A stretch of DNA of 64,000 bases from positions 2,418,001 through 2,482,000 of the forward strand of contig CM082577.2 of NCBI GenBank assembly GCA_040954595.2, in the 5' to 3' direction. This document shows, piece by piece, positions 1 to 41,945 of the stretch. Each line of letters opens with the position of its first letter. Position 1 is the stretch's first letter. A program made the translations under genes and the position numbers. Below the pieces are notes generated by a model. That model ran no database searches and was not told the origin of the DNA. It saw only the letters and a list, made by a program, of their open reading frames with translations. The stretch comes from Balanoglossus misakiensis. Taxonomy: Eukaryota > Animalia > Hemichordata.

Positions 1-25
1 TAGTGTGGATAATTGTCTTGAGTCA

Positions 26-14284
<14,259 letters not shown>

Positions 14285-14541
14285 GGTTTTGTGAGTTTTT
14301 TTACCGGTCTCAGTGTCGTCTTCCTTAGTCCCCTCAATTTGACGGAGACGAGGGGAATCCTGAGACACTTGACTAACTTTAACGTGCTTACTCGCGATCC
14401 GCCCAATTTCTGCAATATTAGCCCCCGATTACAGGGGATCACAAATTATCTTAAAATTATACTTAAAGATTATGATAAAATACAAACAAATGAATTTTTT
14501 TACCAACTTCTAGGAAACGTGATAACACAGACAATAATAAA

Positions 14542-14604
14542 CAAGATGGCGGTCAGCTGAAATTTCGCATGGCATTATGGGATAAGGACACCTAGAGGGC
14601 GCTC
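14542..14604. promoter_or_regulatory. Motif cluster upstream of USP7: YY1-like, ZNF143/Staf-like and partial CTCF-like sites
   Basis: CAAGATGGCGG (14542-14552); TCCCATAATGCCATGCG on the minus strand (14566-14582); CCTAGAGGGCGC (14591-14602). About 260-320 bp upstream of the USP7 ATG, between divergent genes. Confidence 0.55.
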
Positions 14605-15714
14605 AACCTTTACTGGTGCCTACTTGCAGGGACTCGAAGGATCTTGGTGAAAGCTAATATAAGTTATGGTCCATTTATAGTTATATGGGTAAGGAGTGAG
14701 AATTGACGAAATACGTATACAGAAGAGCAATATTGTGCATTTGGGTAGTCTTCGCCTTGTTTCTGTATGGCATGATATAACTTTTCTTGTGGAGCCCTAG
14801 TGATGCAGCCAGTGATGTGACGGATAACACATGCACAACTTTCTCCTATTTCTGAAGGGCAGTATATCCGGCCTTATGCGATTTCACCATCGTTGATATT
14901 TTAGTATTCCACTTAAGCATTTTAACTTCGATAATTTAATACTATTTTCACCAATCGTAAATCTTCTATAAGTAAGTCTCTTACACATGGTTTCATTATC
15001 AGTACATCCATTATGCCAAAACTCGCCTTATTATTATCCCACATGTATAATAACTTTGCTGTACGGTTTATTAAAACACCGATTGAGTGTGCTATATATT
15101 TATATTTTTTATCCACATCTGAAAAAAATTATAAACTTATAAAATTATAAAATTGGGAGCGATTCCCCTTATGAAGGCGATAATGTCGGTTCTTTCTCTT
15201 ATAGTTGCTTCTGTACCGTTGTTTCTTCTTCACTCGACCTAAAAATAAAAATAAAACAAATTTGTCAAGAATAGAAAAGTAATGGAACATGGGCACTATA
15301 ATTCATTCTCTGTTGGTGGGAAAAGCTGAAGTTATTTTCGCATTTCTTTTCCTGAATATTCTCCTTTACGCACACGTTCACCAGGATGGGATTGGCAACT
15401 AAAAATTGGCCCGATGTGACACCTAGTATATTGCAATTGACACCTGTTGCTTCTGTTTGAACACAGGCAGTGTAAGCCCCGGCCTTGTCACTAACCCCGT
15501 CGGACAGGCACTGTGCAGTACTGCAGCCGTCTCACTGGGCTGTCTTAGAATGATTGGTCGACGACTGGATCCGTTCATTTGTCAATTCACTCTTACAGCA
15601 GGTGTTCATCAATTAACCTATAATGGCCCGGATAGTCATCCGACTCACTGGATTGAAGCCTACATGATCTTGTTGGCTTCTGGGCAGTTACATGCCGGTA
15701 GTGCAGTAGCAAAC

Positions 15715-15748
15715 TGTTGTTGTTGTTGTTGTTGTTGTTGTCGTCGTC
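15715..15748. repeat. (TGT)n trinucleotide microsatellite grading into (CGT)n
   Basis: tgttgttgttgttgttgttgttgttgtcgtcgtc, about 150 bp upstream of fucosidase exon 1a. Confidence 0.9.
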
Positions 15749-15900
15749 TCGTTGTTTGGCTGTTTGCTTTTTTTGTTTGTTTACTAATACATGTAATATG
15801 CAATTTGAAGGCGTGGCGTTCACTCGACTCGAAACTAACACCAGAACGTTACGTTAGCCATGTGACTTCCCGTCCATCTTTTACAACCCTGAAATCGACG

Positions 15901-16244
15901 ATGGCATTTTCTTCGTCAGTCTTCCTCGTTCAAATCTGTCTCTTTGCCGTCGTCCTCGGCAAGTATGAGCCGAACTGGGATTCGCTAGATAGTCGACCAC
16001 TTCCTGGATGGTTTGACGAGGCCAAATTCGGAATTTTCATGCATTGGGGACTGTTTTCCGTGCCCAGTTTTGGATCGGAATGGTTTTGGTGGAACTGGCA
16101 AGGCGCGTACAAACTCTCGTACATCATGTTTATGGCAAATAATTACCCACCAAGCTTCGAGTACCCAGACTTCGCGCCAATGTTTCATGCTGAGTTTTTC
16201 GATCCTGACGAGTGGGCCGACATTTTGGAAGCTTCCGGGGCTAG
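15901..16244 (+). CDS. FUCA: Alpha-L-fucosidase stand-alone first exon (exon 1a): alternative first exon or partial duplicate
   Basis: ATG at 15901, signal-peptide-like [20 protein letters not shown], then [40 protein letters not shown](R). Frame is open and ends at donor AG|GTGAGG in phase 2, as for exon 1b. No exons 2-8 follow before exon 1b. Confidence 0.85.
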
Positions 16245-16700
16245 GTGAGGAGGGCTTGAATTTTTTGCCAATATTATGAGTGATGGTCTGAGTATATCCC
16301 GGGGTTAGTTTTTAACTATAGATCATCACCGGAGTGTAATAGTATTACTCTGGCTATACACTAGCACAGCATACTAGTTATAATAGTATTAAAGGTTGCC
16401 CGATCATCACTGACCGGGGTACAAAGGCCAATAACGCACTGAGCTGGCCCAGCTCCAGCTACCAATGCTCATGACGTCATGTTTGCAAAATGAAAGCACA
16501 ATAAAGTAGGCGTTTCAAGGTACTGAAGGCGTCATTTAAATTTACAACTTCATTTCACCATGGTATATTTAACACGTTCATTATAAAAAACAATGTCTGC
16601 CAACACAATACTAGTAATTAACAGATCACAGTCGCTTTCTCCAAATCTGGTCAGTGCGTTTGAGAGTTGTATGGTTCTGATAGCAGTGGCGGCCTAATGG

Positions 16701-16716
16701 CCCGCTAGAGGGCGCT
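16701..16716 (+). promoter_or_regulatory. CTCF-like motif between fucosidase exons 1a and 1b
   Basis: CCGCTAGAGGGCGC matches the CTCF core CCRSYAGRKGGCRS at every position. A palindromic CRE (TGACGTCA, 16472-16479) and CCAAT (16462-16466) lie in the same spacer. Confidence 0.55.
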
Positions 16717-16846
16717 GCTAAGTACAGGAACTTCTGTAAAAGTCCTGAGCTGAGTGTGTGTGTATGATCATATGACTAGACATATGACCATCTAGCTGTC
16801 TGACTGCAAGCTAGTATAGTAGCTCGCCGCAGTTACTTTCGGAAAA

Positions 16847-19800
16847 ATGTCGCTTACGTGTCGTGTGGTGCTACTTCTGCATGCCTGCTTGTTCGTAGGT
16901 ATATTTGCCAAGTATGAGCCGAACTGGAATTCGCTAGATAGTCGACCACTTCCTGGATGGTTTGACGAGGCCAAATTCGGAATTTTCATGCATTGGGGAG
17001 TGTTTTCCGTGCCCAGTTTCGGATCGGAATGGTTTTGGTGGAAGTGGCAAGGTGCAAAGAAACCCGATTACATAAAGTTCATGGTGGATAATTACGCACC
17101 TAACTTCAAATACCCGGATTTCGCTCCCATGTTTCATGCAGAGTTCTATGACCCTGACGAGTGGGCCGAAATTTTGGAAGCGTCCGGAGCTAGGTGAGGA
17201 GTGCATGTTCACGTCCTGCCGTCTGTCTGTCTTTATGTCTGTGTCGTCGATATCTCAAGAACGGCTGATCGATGTGAACGCAACTTCGTGGTGGGCGTGG
17301 CACACGCACCTACATGTTAAATTTGAATAAAGTTATCAAAGTGTACATGAACATGTATTAGCTTTTACACGAGTTCTCAATTTGATGTCTTTACTTTTCT
17401 TATTCAGATACTTGGTGTTGACCAGCAAGCACCACGAAGGGTGGACAAACTGGGGATCCAAATATTCTTGGAACTGGAATTCGGTGGACGCTGGACCTCA
17501 CAGGGATTTAGTTGGTGAGTCCAACATGCAGGGAAGGAGCCATGTGTGTAGAATGCAACTTTTCAATTTGAACATAGACCTTAGAGAACATGGCATGAAG
17601 TACAGGCAATGGAGCACTTTTCTAAACTTGTGTCTGTGAGTGGTCGACTTTTTACCCATAGTGCAATGCAGTGTTCAGTTTGACCTCTGTGAACGACAAC
17701 TCTTCCAACTGGTACAGGCCATGTTTGGGATGATGAATAATTATCCACAAAATTTACTGTACTACCCTAAGTGCTGGTCATCCATATTGGCAGTTTTTGA
17801 GATTTGTAAAATGAATGCATCACTTCTCCCATGTTACAGGTGATCTCGCAAACTCCGTCCGCAAGAAGACAAACCTAAGGTTTGGACTTTATTACTCTCT
17901 GTATGAATGGTTCCACCCCCTCTATCTGCAAGACAAGAAAAATGGATTCAAAACACAAACATATGTGACGGTATGCTAGCATTAACTTCCACTTTTAAGG
18001 GGGATGGGTAAATCTCAGCTGCCTTAACATGTTTGATTGACTCTAAATACAAACATATTTACACACATACATATCCACCCACGTATAGAGATATCTGCAT
18101 ACATTGATCCATTCTAATTTCATAAATTAGACAATAACAATGGCCGTTACACACACACATACAGGCTATGTTGACAAGCGGAGTATCGGGTATATTAGCA
18201 TGCTGTAATGGAGTTGAACAAGAAATTACATTTGGTGCACGGAACAAAATAACTGAAAATATAAATCTTTCTGCAGGATGTGATGCTGCCCCAGATGTAC
18301 GAGATTGTCAACAATTACAAGCCAGAAATTGTGTGGGTTGATGGCGATTGGGAAGCGAGAGACACATATTTTAACAGTACAGACTTCTTAGCGTGGCTCT
18401 ACAATGACAGGTCAGCAAAAACAGATGTGGAATTTGAATCATGATTACAATGAGTCCTGACAGACACAATTTATTCAGAAAACTGGATTAAACATGAAGA
18501 CAATTCATTTCTTTTATTAGGATTAAGTTATGATTCTCCAGTGCAAACTAGTGCATCAAATAGGCCTCTCTACCTTATGGGCTCGTAGACTGAATCTGTC
18601 TTTTGTGAAAACTCTCAGATACAAACAAAGCTGCAGTTGAATTTTCTGATGACATTCTTTCTGTTCTCTGTTTCTCCCAGTCCAGTCAAAGACACAGTCT
18701 TGGTGAACGACAGATGGGGTATAGATGACATTTGTAAGCATGGTGGATACTACACATGTACTGACAGATACAACCCAGGTAGGTATACACCACTACATGT
18801 ATATTATTATCACCCAACCTCTAGGTAGATATGGTAAGGCTACCATTTTATAAGTATCTTCTTTTTTTCCAGATAATGCAAAAATTAAGAAAATTGTGTT
18901 TGCACATTTCTTTCAAAATGTTCATCTCTTCTGCAGGCGTTTTACAGAAGCACAAATGGGAGAATTGTATGACGATCGACAAGCGCTCATGGGGTTACCG
19001 CAGAAATGCGCCGCTCTCGGACTACTTAGGCATCCATGACTTGATAAAGACATTGGCAGAGACAGTCAGGTAATGAAGTGACTCAGTAACTGAGGTTGGG
19101 CAAGGATGTTCAGATGTGACAAATGTATATGGTGCTTTCTGCACCGTGTGTTAACCCAGCTTTGGTTACATTTGAATATTGTAAAAATTTTCATCTCAAC
19201 AGCTGTGGTGGGAACCTCCTGATGAACGTTGGTCCGACAAGCGACGGGCGAATTGCGCCAATCTTTGAAGAACGTCTCCGTCAGATGGGCAGTTGGTTGA
19301 AAGTGAACGGAGATGCTATTTACTCCAGTAAGGCCTGGACACACCAGAACGACACTGTGACTAAAGGAATTTGGTAAGTCTGGAGCAAAAAGCCCTGAGC
19401 AGAACAGTTACAGAAATATCAGGGACTAGTAGTATTTTAACTTGTGTAACTTAGTGGTGTTGTTATTCAGTGTAAAAGTAGGGCTACTGGATGCAGAACC
19501 CAAGTAAATCCACGGATGAATTGTGTACATACAGCATTGCTATTAAAGTGCAAAATACGCAACATTCGTCGAAGATCACACGAGCTATAGCCAAAACATG
19601 TAACATTATTTTCGTTTCTGTCTGTATCAGGTACACCAGTAAAGCTGACGCAGTGTACGGTATCGTCTTGGACTGGCCAAAGTCGGACCAACTTCTGCTC
19701 GGAGCACCCCAGACAACAGAACAGACAGTTGTAGAGATGCTCGGATATTCAACACCACTGTCCTGGTCTGCAGCAAAACCGACTGGCATCAATGTTACGA

Positions 19801-19871
19801 TGCCAACGGTTCCTATAAACCAGTTGCCGTGTGAATGGGCCTGGGTCCTCAAGTTCACAAATATTCACTAG
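16847..19871 (+). CDS. FUCA: Alpha-L-fucosidase (GH29), complete copy A, 8 coding exons
   Basis: Exons 16847-17193, 17408-17514 ([11 protein letters not shown]), 17840-17970, 18277-18410 ([10 protein letters not shown], nucleophile Asp), 18681-18778 (VNDRWG), 18937-19069 (KWENCMTID), 19203-19373 ([10 protein letters not shown]), 19631-19871 (stop TAG). N-terminal signal peptide; AATAAA at 20433-20438. Confidence 0.95.
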
Positions 19872-20825
19872 ACAGAGTACAGACCTATGTGCATTAAGTT
19901 AAACCAGATTGTGTTTATTTAGGCAGTGTGCTTAGAGAATTTGAGAAATTTACAAGCAATGTTACATTGATTTATGAATATTTGTTTTGTTTTGTTTTGT
20001 TTTGTATCAAAAATGGCTTTTGCTTTCAGAATTTCAATCTTATGGAACAAACCATTCCATACTCTGGTTTGTAAACAAAGGAGATGGGCTTTGACTTTTG
20101 TGTATAAAATATGTGGTAGATCCAATATTATTATACCAGTAAACATAATTGATTTCTTCTTGGAATGGAAAAAGTTGTAATACATATACCTTTGTATATC
20201 TTGAGGACATTGACACAGATAAAACTTCTACTAACTGGAATTAAATACATTTTGGTAATACAGTCGCATTTAACTTGGCAAGGAATACCACATGAAATGG
20301 TGCAGAGCATGATAAGGATGTGATATGCACATTCTTGTGCATAAAACTTCATCCTAGATTTTGGACTGTAGCATATAAGGCCTGCAGGCCGGAGAGTGTT
20401 TATTCTTGTAACTGGGTGATGGTTTATATTGAAATAAAAAATATCACATTGGATACAGTAAAAGAAGAGTTTGTGTGCATTTTTACTGTGGAAAAAACAT
20501 CTTTTTTTTATGATAAAGAATGATGGGCCAAAATTTCGCAATGCTATTGACAGTCAAAACGCAGCCTGTGAAACAGAAGTTGAAAGTTGGGAGAGCCGTG
20601 AAATACCCTAACGTTTCCTGCATCGCATAATGGAAGCACACAGAGCTGAGCTGTCGACTGCATTCAAAGGTCGTTTCTGTCTGGTAAGGTTGTCGGCAGT
20701 AAACTATTTATAATTGTGTCACGGGTCACGTCAGGTGACGAGGAAGGCCCGTTACAAAATAACAAACCGCACGGTTAAAATTCAGTGCGCTCGTTTTCAA
20801 ACACCTTCCTGACAAATCTCTCGGT

Positions 20826-23800
20826 ATGTTGGGAGGAATTTCCTTCGCCTTACTATTAGTTTCACTTTCCGCGGCTTCGTCAAAATATCTGCCGAACTGG
20901 GAATCCCTGGACAGCCGTCCGCTCCCTTCCTGGTATGACGAGGGCAAATTCGGGATCTTCATGCACTGGGGCCTGTACTCCGTTCCAGGTTTCGGATCGG
21001 AGTGGTTTTGGTGGCACTGGAAAGGCACCCACTCGCCAGACTACGTCAAGTTCATGACCGACAACTACCCTCCCAATTTCGAGTACCCTGACTTTGCGCC
21101 CATGTTTAGAGCGGAGTTTTTCGATCCGGACCAGTGGGCGGATATTCTAGATGCATCTGGAGCAAGGTACGAATAATAGTGGTGAATTTTCTTTTTGAGC
21201 AACTGCTATACGTAGCTTCTACATTACAACTTAATTATAAGCCAGATACAATAAAAAATCAAGCCCCTTCAACATTTATATGCATAGCCTAATTTCAATT
21301 TCCAGCTACCCCATTGTACAAAAGACAAGAAATCACAAATTCATGAGACAAATTTTGTCAATTGCAGATACTTGGTGTTGACCAGCAAGCATCACGAAGG
21401 TTGGACAAACTGGGGATCCAAATATTCTTGGAACTGGAATTCGGTGGACGCTGGACCTCATAGGGATTTAGTTGGTGAGCTAGGAGTTTTCGAAAAGACA
21501 ATAACTATTAAATCTGCCATGATGAAAGTTAATAAAATGATATTGAAAATGGGCTACAATTGGCTTTTTGGAGATTGGTAAAATCGATGCATTACTTCTC
21601 CTATGTTACAGGTGATCTCGCAAACTCCATCCGCAAGAAGACAAACATAAAGTTTGGACTTTATTACTCTCTGTTCGAATGGTTCCATCCCCTCTATCTG
21701 CAAGATAAGAAAAATGGGTTCAAAACACAAGCATATATAAAGGTATGTTTCCATGAAACTCAGCTGAAAATGTCTGTCTTTGCTATTCTTTTTCTCCCTT
21801 TGGATGGATACATGTACATGTAAATATATTTGACAGTCTGGAACCATGTACATGTCTGTAATCTTACTTGTGATAAATTGAAGTTGGGAGACTCGCGGTA
21901 TCATTTTGTTTTGATGGAGATTCCAGAGATACCTCGTCGGGTTTGCACATCATGTAGAAATGATGATTTAATGCCACAGTGTCTGAATGCCCAGTTCACA
22001 TTTTATTCAGGATGTGATGATCCCTCAAATGCATGAGATTGTCAACACGTACAAACCAGAGGTTGTGTGGGCCGATGGTGACTGGGAGGCACTGGACACA
22101 TACTGGAACAGTACCGAGTTCTTGGCGTGGTTGTACAATGAAAGGTAGGGCCTAACACAGAAGCATTTTGCTATCGCCAAATTTTGATTCTTTCGTTGTC
22201 CTATCCAAATATCTACACGTTTTCTGCACGGTTTTGTGTAGTTTTTGTTCTGCACAATCAAATTCACTCAAAAATACACTTATCTGAAAAGTATTGTGTA
22301 TTTGGTGAACATATAATCGTGCCTTTTTTATGTTTATAATACATGTATTCGGGTGTGGTGGCGGTACGTGGTTTGTGGCATACATCATGGTATTAAATTG
22401 TCCAGTTGAGTAGATTCAAAATTACACACAGCTCAAATTTTAAATTTTATTTATCTGTGCCGATGCTTTAATTTCGCTCTGTGTGCAGTCCTGTGAACGA
22501 CACGGTTGTGACCAACGACAGATGGGGCAAAGGCGATCACTGTAACCATGGAGGATACTTTACATGTCACGACAAATATAATCCAGGTAATTCACACATT
22601 TTCTGTATCTCGACAAATTCACCCACGTTTGACGTTATTTTGGTGACTATTTTTACTAGTTTCTATTGGTTCATCTGACTGGAAATATATGCTAAACGTC
22701 TGGTTGTCACAACTCAACTCATAGACTTGAATTGTTTTCAATCAACTGTTCTATAAACAAATCAGCCCAGTGAGCAATATTTTCTTATGGAGGCGTTTCT
22801 TTGCTTACTCGCGATAACACGAATGATAACCAAGGCGCGCATAGCAACAGGTGCCAGAACGACACCACTTGAAAATAATACATTGAAAGTAACTGGAGGG
22901 GTCTGAACTCTCAACGCACTGTTTGCCATCCATGTCACCGCTGTATGCCCACAGGTGTTCTGCAAAAACACAAATGGGAGAATTGCATGACCGTTGATCG
23001 AAAATCCTGGGGTTATCGCAGAAATATAAAGCTGTCAGACATTTTGGATATAGAGGAATTGACGAAGACTTTAGCAGAGACGGTCAGGTAATGGAATTTC
23101 GTCGAGTTTTTCCCAGAATTATTTTGGTGGGCCTGAGTGACTCCAATCTTAAACTTTCCCCACGTGAAAGAATTTTAAAGCCATGTCATCGTTTAACACT
23201 TCACGAACTAAACGAAATCGCCATGGCATATAATAACATTTCACACCAACAGCTGTGGTGGAAACCTTCTGATGAATGTTGGACCCACACACGACGGTCG
23301 CATCGTTCCAATCTTTGAAGAACGTCTCCGTCAGATGGGCAGTTGGTTGAAAGTGAACGGGGAAGCTATTTACTCCAGTAAGCCGTGGACACACCAGAAC
23401 GACACTGTGACTAAAGGAATTTGGTAAGATCGTCATGAAAATTGTATGTGCAAATAAAATACTGGCCAAAAACACAATTTATCATTTTATGGGCAAACTG
23501 ATTGACAAATAGTCTTAAAAGAATGTCTACAGCGCCTCCATGATATACCCACGAAATTTCTGAGACGAGTTTATGAAACTATAATTTTATATCTCATATC
23601 CCACATACAGGTACACCAGTAAAGCTGACGCAGTGTACGGTATCGTCTTGGACTGGCCAAAGTCGGACCAACTTCTGCTCGGAGCACCCCAGACAACAGA
23701 ACAGACAGTTGTAGAGATGCTCGGATATTCAACACCGCTGTCCTGGTCTGCAGCAAAACCAACCGGCATCACGGTCACCATGCCAACTGTTCCAGTAAAC

Positions 23801-23851
23801 CAGTTGCCCTGCGAATGGGCCTGGGTACTCAAGTTCACAAATATTCACTAG
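20826..23851 (+). CDS. FUCA: Alpha-L-fucosidase (GH29), complete copy B, 8 coding exons
   Basis: Exons 20826-21166, 21368-21474, 21612-21742, 22011-22144 ([10 protein letters not shown]), 22489-22586, 22955-23087, 23253-23423, 23611-23851. Same intron positions as copy A; signal peptide [19 protein letters not shown]; AATAAA at 24234-24239. Confidence 0.95.
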
Positions 23852-25782
23852 GTTAAAGGATGCAAGCATTGTCGATTTGAATGTTGTTTGTTTGTTGTTT
23901 GTTGTTTATTAGATTGATTAGGGAAAGACGAGACACGTATCCAGAGAAAAGAGCGATCTTACTTAATAGCACAGAAGAATATCATAAGCCAGAGATTTCA
24001 AATTCAGCAAAGTCTAAGAACACTACGTGATCCTACTTGAAATGTATTGAAAGTGTAATGTCAACATTTTGGTGTATGTAGCCAGTGTCGGTATTTTTTA
24101 AAGAAGTTGTGGAAAATTTATAAACTTTGGTGGCATGACACATTTAATTCCCTTGCGCTTTCGGGGACTGTGTTGTTCAGGAAAGTTTTGTAGTTTTGTA
24201 ACTTTATCCTACTTTTGCAAAGTTAAAAATGAAAATAAAGTCATTTGGAACACATTTCTGACAAAAATGTACAAACCGTGTAATTAGTCGTATTTAACAT
24301 TTCGTCAAGTGAAAATGATATATGACAAAATTAAGTAAACACCGCGATAACATACCAACTGCCCCTCCCCTTTGAAAGAGACAGCTCTCAAAAATTCTGA
24401 GTTTTCTGTCAAACATATTGACACAATCTGAATGACATTAACTTTGGACTAATAAAATAGACACATTATTTCATTCTTGACATGCACAAACACATTTTGA
24501 GTCCATTAATACGAGCACATGACAATTGACATGAAGTCAGGTGATCTGCTACGCAGTAAACATGGCACCTTGTGTCTGTCTGGCTGTCTGTTTGTGTTTA
24601 TAGCCATCACATGTCGACGAGCAAGCAAAGAAGAATGATTATGGCGCCCTCTATAGTTGATTCTCAGACTAGATCACAGGCAAGGTTTTCACTGGATTGA
24701 ATTTTAAAGATCACTTTTGTCATTTGTTCGAATTACAATATAACTCTACGTTAGAAAAATTGTGAATACCGGTATAAGATTGACTGTTCAGCACGATTGT
24801 GAGAAAATTTGGTGGCCTGTCGAATAGAAGAAGACAAAGAAACATCTTAAAATGAAAAAAATAAGGAGACTGATTTTCTGTACCCACCTTGTTCAAACTC
24901 AACTTTACATTACAAAGACAGGCTTACAGCATCTCTTGCATTATTGACAGTCGTTACCTCGAAAGACGTAAAAAGTTAATATTTCGGAATTTCAAATGCA
25001 AGCTTGCAAATCAAGCCACCTGGTGCCCTGCAATCACTGCATGTGTATTTGAGAACGCGTGGTAAATTCAGTACACATATTTCACTGGAGGGGTCAGATC
25101 CTTCCATGCCAAAAGGTAGGTCAAAGGTGAATTGCTAGTCTCCATGACGCCTGTATAATTACATGGGAAATAATCAGTTGGCCCTGGGTAAAGTCTAAAG
25201 ATAATGTTGGAAAAAGCCACGCTATGAAACATTGGTGCAAAGGAACGTGTGTGTTGTTCTAACAGGCAAATCGATCTCTGTGTGCCATGGAACCTTGCAA
25301 CGCAGAAATATGTATTTGCGTTGACACAAAAGGTGTCATCTTCATTGTACAAGCAACGTAACCAGCTAAACTTTGCTTTTTAAATAAATGTCTTAGCCTA
25401 GCCTTTGTGTAGTTGTAAGTGATCAGAAGCGAAAAAACACTAAGGTTAAGTTCTAGACGATCATCAGGAATGATGTCAGCATTCAACCAAAGTCACGTGA
25501 ACCACACTCAGCAACACACGGCCTTAATTGGAAGCGAATCGCTTTGTGAGCCGAAAACTAAGATCTTCAACGGAAGGCGATAATTCAATGCTCCAAGTCC
25601 GTCAAGCGCAACAGACAATACTGACCTCTGATAAAGCTGAATTAGACACTTCACTCTCTCTATAGCCAAATCATGTATAACAGTATTCAAGAACTCCCAC
25701 CTGGTACGGTATAAAATGGCCGCAATGAGAAGTTATTCCCCTAATGAACCGTGCCAACGAGGAGCTGTTCATTGAGACTGAA

Positions 25783-25878
25783 TTAACCCCTTTCACCCCA
25801 GTTCCCATTGTAGAGGTCCAACTATGTCCATAGAAAACAATGGCTTTTGGACCAAACCATGGCAGGGAAAGGGTGTTA
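25783..25878. mobile_element. Short piggyBac-like MITE, copy 2 (inverted relative to 5398-5490)
   Basis: Reverse complement aligns along its length with 5398-5490 (ccatggtt..gtccaaa, gttttctatgg, gggaa..ggggtg.aagggg?ttaa). Confidence 0.65.
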
Positions 25879-27021
25879 GAGACACAACATCACACACAGA
25901 TAATCTGAACAACTTCAATTTATTTGTACTCAATTCTGTTGAAAATAGTTCATACCTACAGAATGCAAGAAGTGAGATTTCATTTATGTTGTAGACAAGT
26001 AGAGTAAAGAGAGAGAAAGATAGAGACAGGTAATAATTCAGCATAATTTCTCAAATACAAACAACGTCTTCATTTGGAAGCACAGAAAAACAATCATTGG
26101 GAAAATATCACTATCAAATGATGAACAAGTACTTAACAAAGGGTCATATAGAAACAATTTGTTTTTGTCTTTTTTTTAAAGAAGAAATTTTAAGTTAAAC
26201 ATGAGGTATGGGTTCGAGAGTAGACGACAGAAAGAGAGAGAGAGAGAAAGATCTACAAAGTTGACTGTGAGGACGGTGGATCATCTCAATTTTTTTTTTT
26301 TTTTCATATACATCAGAACAGTCGACAATGCTTGAAAGCACGTTTGTTTTTTCATCAGCACACCAGCTGGGACAAGTCTACAGTGCAAGGTACAGATATA
26401 TCAAAATGCCAACATTTGTGTGAAATACTTAGACACTAAAAAAACTTCAATCCAATTCTGTGAGAGGTCCTTCCTGCAGTCAGTAAAATTATTCCTTTCC
26501 GGAATATTGTGTGTGATGTTCGTTTTATAATTAACATTAAATTTCCAAAATTGTATGTTTTTTTATCTATTTTTTTTTCACAGTGTGCCAGTTAACTCAA
26601 AACTGGCACTGACAGCTACATGTCTATCTTCTCATGTCCAGTTATGCTTGTACAAAATAAAACAAATAAATAAACTGGGATTACAAGGATGCTACAAAGT
26701 TTTCTTTCTGAACAGATAAACACTACCTAGGGCTACTACTCATTATAAATTGATACTCGATTTCCATGACATTAAAATTTGACACGACAGCAAAGTTTTT
26801 CGCGGCGTCCGGCACAAAATCCACTGGTGGTGTACGTGTCTATTTAAACAGGTCAAATAACTGTTGAGAGAAGACCCACTGTCCAATTGCACTGACATGT
26901 GCATGGTAGTGTAGTTACCAAACACTAATGCACAACCTATAGTTCTTTTTTTTTGTCACATTTTTTTTTTCGTTTTTGGTTTTTCGTTCTTTTAGTAATA
27001 CTGAAATTACAACCAGTTCAT

Positions 27022-41945
<14,924 letters not shown>

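Noticed and set aside
15457-15900. N-terminal extension with a poly-Cys run in the 263-aa ORF
   Set aside because: Starts at a non-ATG codon; the poly-Cys is just the (TGT)n microsatellite. The signal peptide begins at ATG 15901.
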